A DNA stretch of 64,000 bases from a virus, in IMG/VR virus record IMGVR_UViG_3300018082_000009, positions 1,646-65,645 of that record. The stretch is one strand, 5' to 3'. The translations under genes and the position numbers were made by a program. The notes below the pieces were generated by a model. It was not told where the DNA came from and did no database searches. It saw only the letters and a list, made by a program, of their open reading frames with translations. Every line of letters begins with the position of its first letter. Within the stretch, counting starts at the first letter, position 1. Shown piece by piece: positions 62,043-64,000 of the stretch.

Positions 62043-62675
62043 ATGTCAGCAACAGCAACCAGTCCCCTGCGGTATCGCGGATGGCGCAGCACCTACGCGG
62101 ATGTCGCCAGCCGCAACGGCAACGAATTTCTCGGCCTGTCCATCGAGTACGCCGCGCATCCTTCCGGCATCGGATGCTTCATCCTGCGCTTCATCGTCCA
62201 CGGCAAGGGTGTGGACCCGAAGAACTACAAACACCTCACCTACCGTGAGATGGCGGAGTTCGTCATCCCCGGTGGCGAAGGCAAATCGTCCGAGAAGTTC
62301 AAGGGTTTGCGTCTGAACAAGATCGCCGTCCCTGTGTTCTCCCCGGCCGTCTTCCGTCACGAGGTGGATGAGTTTGCCACCAAGTTCAACCTGTGGCCCG
62401 TCCTGACCGAGTGGATCGCGGAGCAGATTGCCGCCGAGGGTTTCACCGTGACGGTGGAGAACCTGCAGGAGACGATTCGGAGTTTGGCGATTCTGCCATC
62501 GTCGGAGGCCGGGGCGGTCAAATCCGTGCTGGAGTTCCCCGACCTGAACGCGCCGGAGCAGAAGGTCTTCGCCATGAAGCAAGCCAAGAAGCCTGCACCC
62601 GAACCTACTGAGGACGAAGACCTCGATGACGAGGACGGCGACGGCGACGAAGAGGACAAGGAGTGGCTGAACTAG
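62043..62675 (+). CDS. hypothetical protein with acidic C-terminal tail
   Basis: ATG 62043 after AAGGAG; ends EDEDLDDEDGDGDEEDKEWLN. Confidence 0.8.
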   Translation: MSATATSPLRYRGWRSTYADVASRNGNEFLGLSIEYAAHPSGIGCFILRFIVHGKGVDPKNYKHLTYREMAEFVIPGGEGKSSEKFKGLRLNKIAVPVFSPAVFRHEVDEFATKFNLWPVLTEWIAEQIAAEGFTVTVENLQETIRSLAILPSSEAGAVKSVLEFPDLNAPEQKVFAMKQAKKPAPEPTEDEDLDDEDGDGDEEDKEWLN

Positions 62676-62677
62676 CC

Positions 62678-62932
62678 ATGCCCGACCACGATGAACGGTA
62701 TCAGGTGCGGAACGCCGAGATTGAACGGGCGCTCCGCACCCTCGCCACCCTCATCAACGACCAAGTCCCCGAAGGGTGGGGCTGGGGACTGTTCATGGTC
62801 CCTTTCGGGGAACACAAGGCCGCGCCTGAAGGTATGGGTGCGGTGTTCTGGATTTCCAACAGCGAGCGGGCAGGCATGATCGAATCCCTGAAGGGGTGGA
62901 TTGCCGATACCGAGAAACGCAACAAGACCTAA
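62678..62932 (+). CDS. hypothetical protein
   Basis: Coupled ORF. Confidence 0.65.
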   Translation: MPDHDERYQVRNAEIERALRTLATLINDQVPEGWGWGLFMVPFGEHKAAPEGMGAVFWISNSERAGMIESLKGWIADTEKRNKT

Positions 62933-63083
62933 CATCTCGCTGGTTTATTCGCATCGTCGCCTGCCCTATTGGGGTCAGGAGTGCGTGGAAAACGCCAACC
63001 GCCAAGAGGCTCGCTACCTTCTAACGATTGGCCAATCACACGGGCGGTAGACTGGCTGGCCAATCGCAACGCAAGGAGTGTGT

Positions 63084-63899
63084 ATGAAGGAGAAAGTCAC
63101 GCTGGCAGATCGCCTGCTCAAGCGTCTGAAGGCGCTGGGGGTGGGGGATCGTAAGGCCAAGGCACTGGTCAAGGATCTGGCCCCCACGGCGGCACGGCAG
63201 AAGGTGTCGGGCACCGTCACGGAGAAGCTGACCGTTAAGCTGGTCAAGCTGGGCCTGTCGGAACGGAAGGCCAAGGAATTGGCCAAGGGCCTCGCCCCGA
63301 CCGTCCGGACGGCCATCAAGGCCAAGGCCAAGACGGCCAAGAAGAAGCTGGACGATGTCACGGACGAAGACGTGAACGCCGAGGTGGATGGCGTCGTGGA
63401 CCTCGCTGAGGATATCGAGTTGGACAAGGTGGCCCCCCGCGTCAACGGCCATCGGGTCCGTCTGGACCTCCCGGTGGTGCTGCGGAGCACGTGGCAGAGC
63501 AAGCCTGTCAAGGGCATCGAGTTGCTGCGGGTCATGGACGGCCTGAGCACCACAGCCACCTACCTCGTGGCGGCGGTCAAGAGCGACGAAGGCATCGTGG
63601 CGGTGCGGCAGTTGGGATCGGACTTCTACAACGTCAAGTTCTACCCGCACATGGGCTACTGGGGCAAGACGCAGGAAGAACTGGCCAGTCTCGGAGCGCA
63701 GGAGTATTTGGCGCGGGAGTGGTACCAGCGCATGCACATGAACCGCGCCACGCTGGAGCAGGTTCTGTTCCGGCTGGAGGCGGAGGCCAAGCCCCGGTCC
63801 CGCATGCGAGCGTTGCTCGACCGCATGACGGCGGTCACGGCGGCACCGCTCATCAAGGCGTTCGACTACCTCCACAAGCGGGTGGGTGTTGCCGCTTGA
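63084..63899 (+). CDS. hypothetical protein with Lys-rich internally repeated N-terminus
   Basis: CAAGGAG RBS; KLGL.ERKAK.L.K.LAPT occurs twice. Confidence 0.75.
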   Translation: MKEKVTLADRLLKRLKALGVGDRKAKALVKDLAPTAARQKVSGTVTEKLTVKLVKLGLSERKAKELAKGLAPTVRTAIKAKAKTAKKKLDDVTDEDVNAEVDGVVDLAEDIELDKVAPRVNGHRVRLDLPVVLRSTWQSKPVKGIELLRVMDGLSTTATYLVAAVKSDEGIVAVRQLGSDFYNVKFYPHMGYWGKTQEELASLGAQEYLAREWYQRMHMNRATLEQVLFRLEAEAKPRSRMRALLDRMTAVTAAPLIKAFDYLHKRVGVAA

Positions 63900-64000
63900 T
63901 GACACGGCTCGTCTGTCGTCCGTTGACGATAACGAGTTGCTACGCGGCGTGAGGATTGGTGATGGGATGGCGTGGAGGTCGATAGACCTTCCCGGCCATC

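Noticed and set aside
63899-64000. Possible gene after 63899
   Set aside because: Only a 17-codon ORF and an unresolvable partial frame at the window edge.

Overview
This is a ~64 kb segment of a large, GC-rich tailed-phage genome with essentially all genes on the + strand. No tail sheath gene is evident, so it looks siphovirus-like. Layout: (1) 1-15.3 kb, early/middle region of sigma70-type promoter-headed cassettes: 5'-truncated ADP-ribosyltransferase, truncated PPDK-like phosphotransferase, two CX5R phosphatases, family A DNA polymerase, HNH remnant and hypotheticals. (2) 15.4-35.4 kb, head module with PBSX-like portal, XkdF-like protease, scaffold and XkdG-like major capsid protein. About 15 kb of this module is an array of effector modules (ARTs, zincin, PI3/4K/HipA-like kinase, JAB, ParB-like domains, Acb1-like 2H phosphoesterase). 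Most modules begin with a [VITA]xK site followed by a conserved 'W/F/Y..HPR...G[RQ]F' tag, and part of the array appears to sit inside a split MuF gene. (3) 35.5-60.3 kb, head-tail joining genes, a five-gene glycosyl/methyltransferase cluster, tail tube, frameshifted chaperone, tape measure and tail tip/fibre genes. (4) 60.3-64 kb, degenerate lysozyme, AAA+ ATPase and hypotheticals. Two DNA-level patterns stand out: a 14-bp palindromic motif TGCAATYRRNTGCA dispersed about 20 times, and -35 boxes (TTGACA) whose TGA is the stop codon of the upstream gene in 7 of 8 cases. I saw no terminase, integrase, tRNA or CRISPR array. All assignments come from manual motif recognition; no database searches were run.
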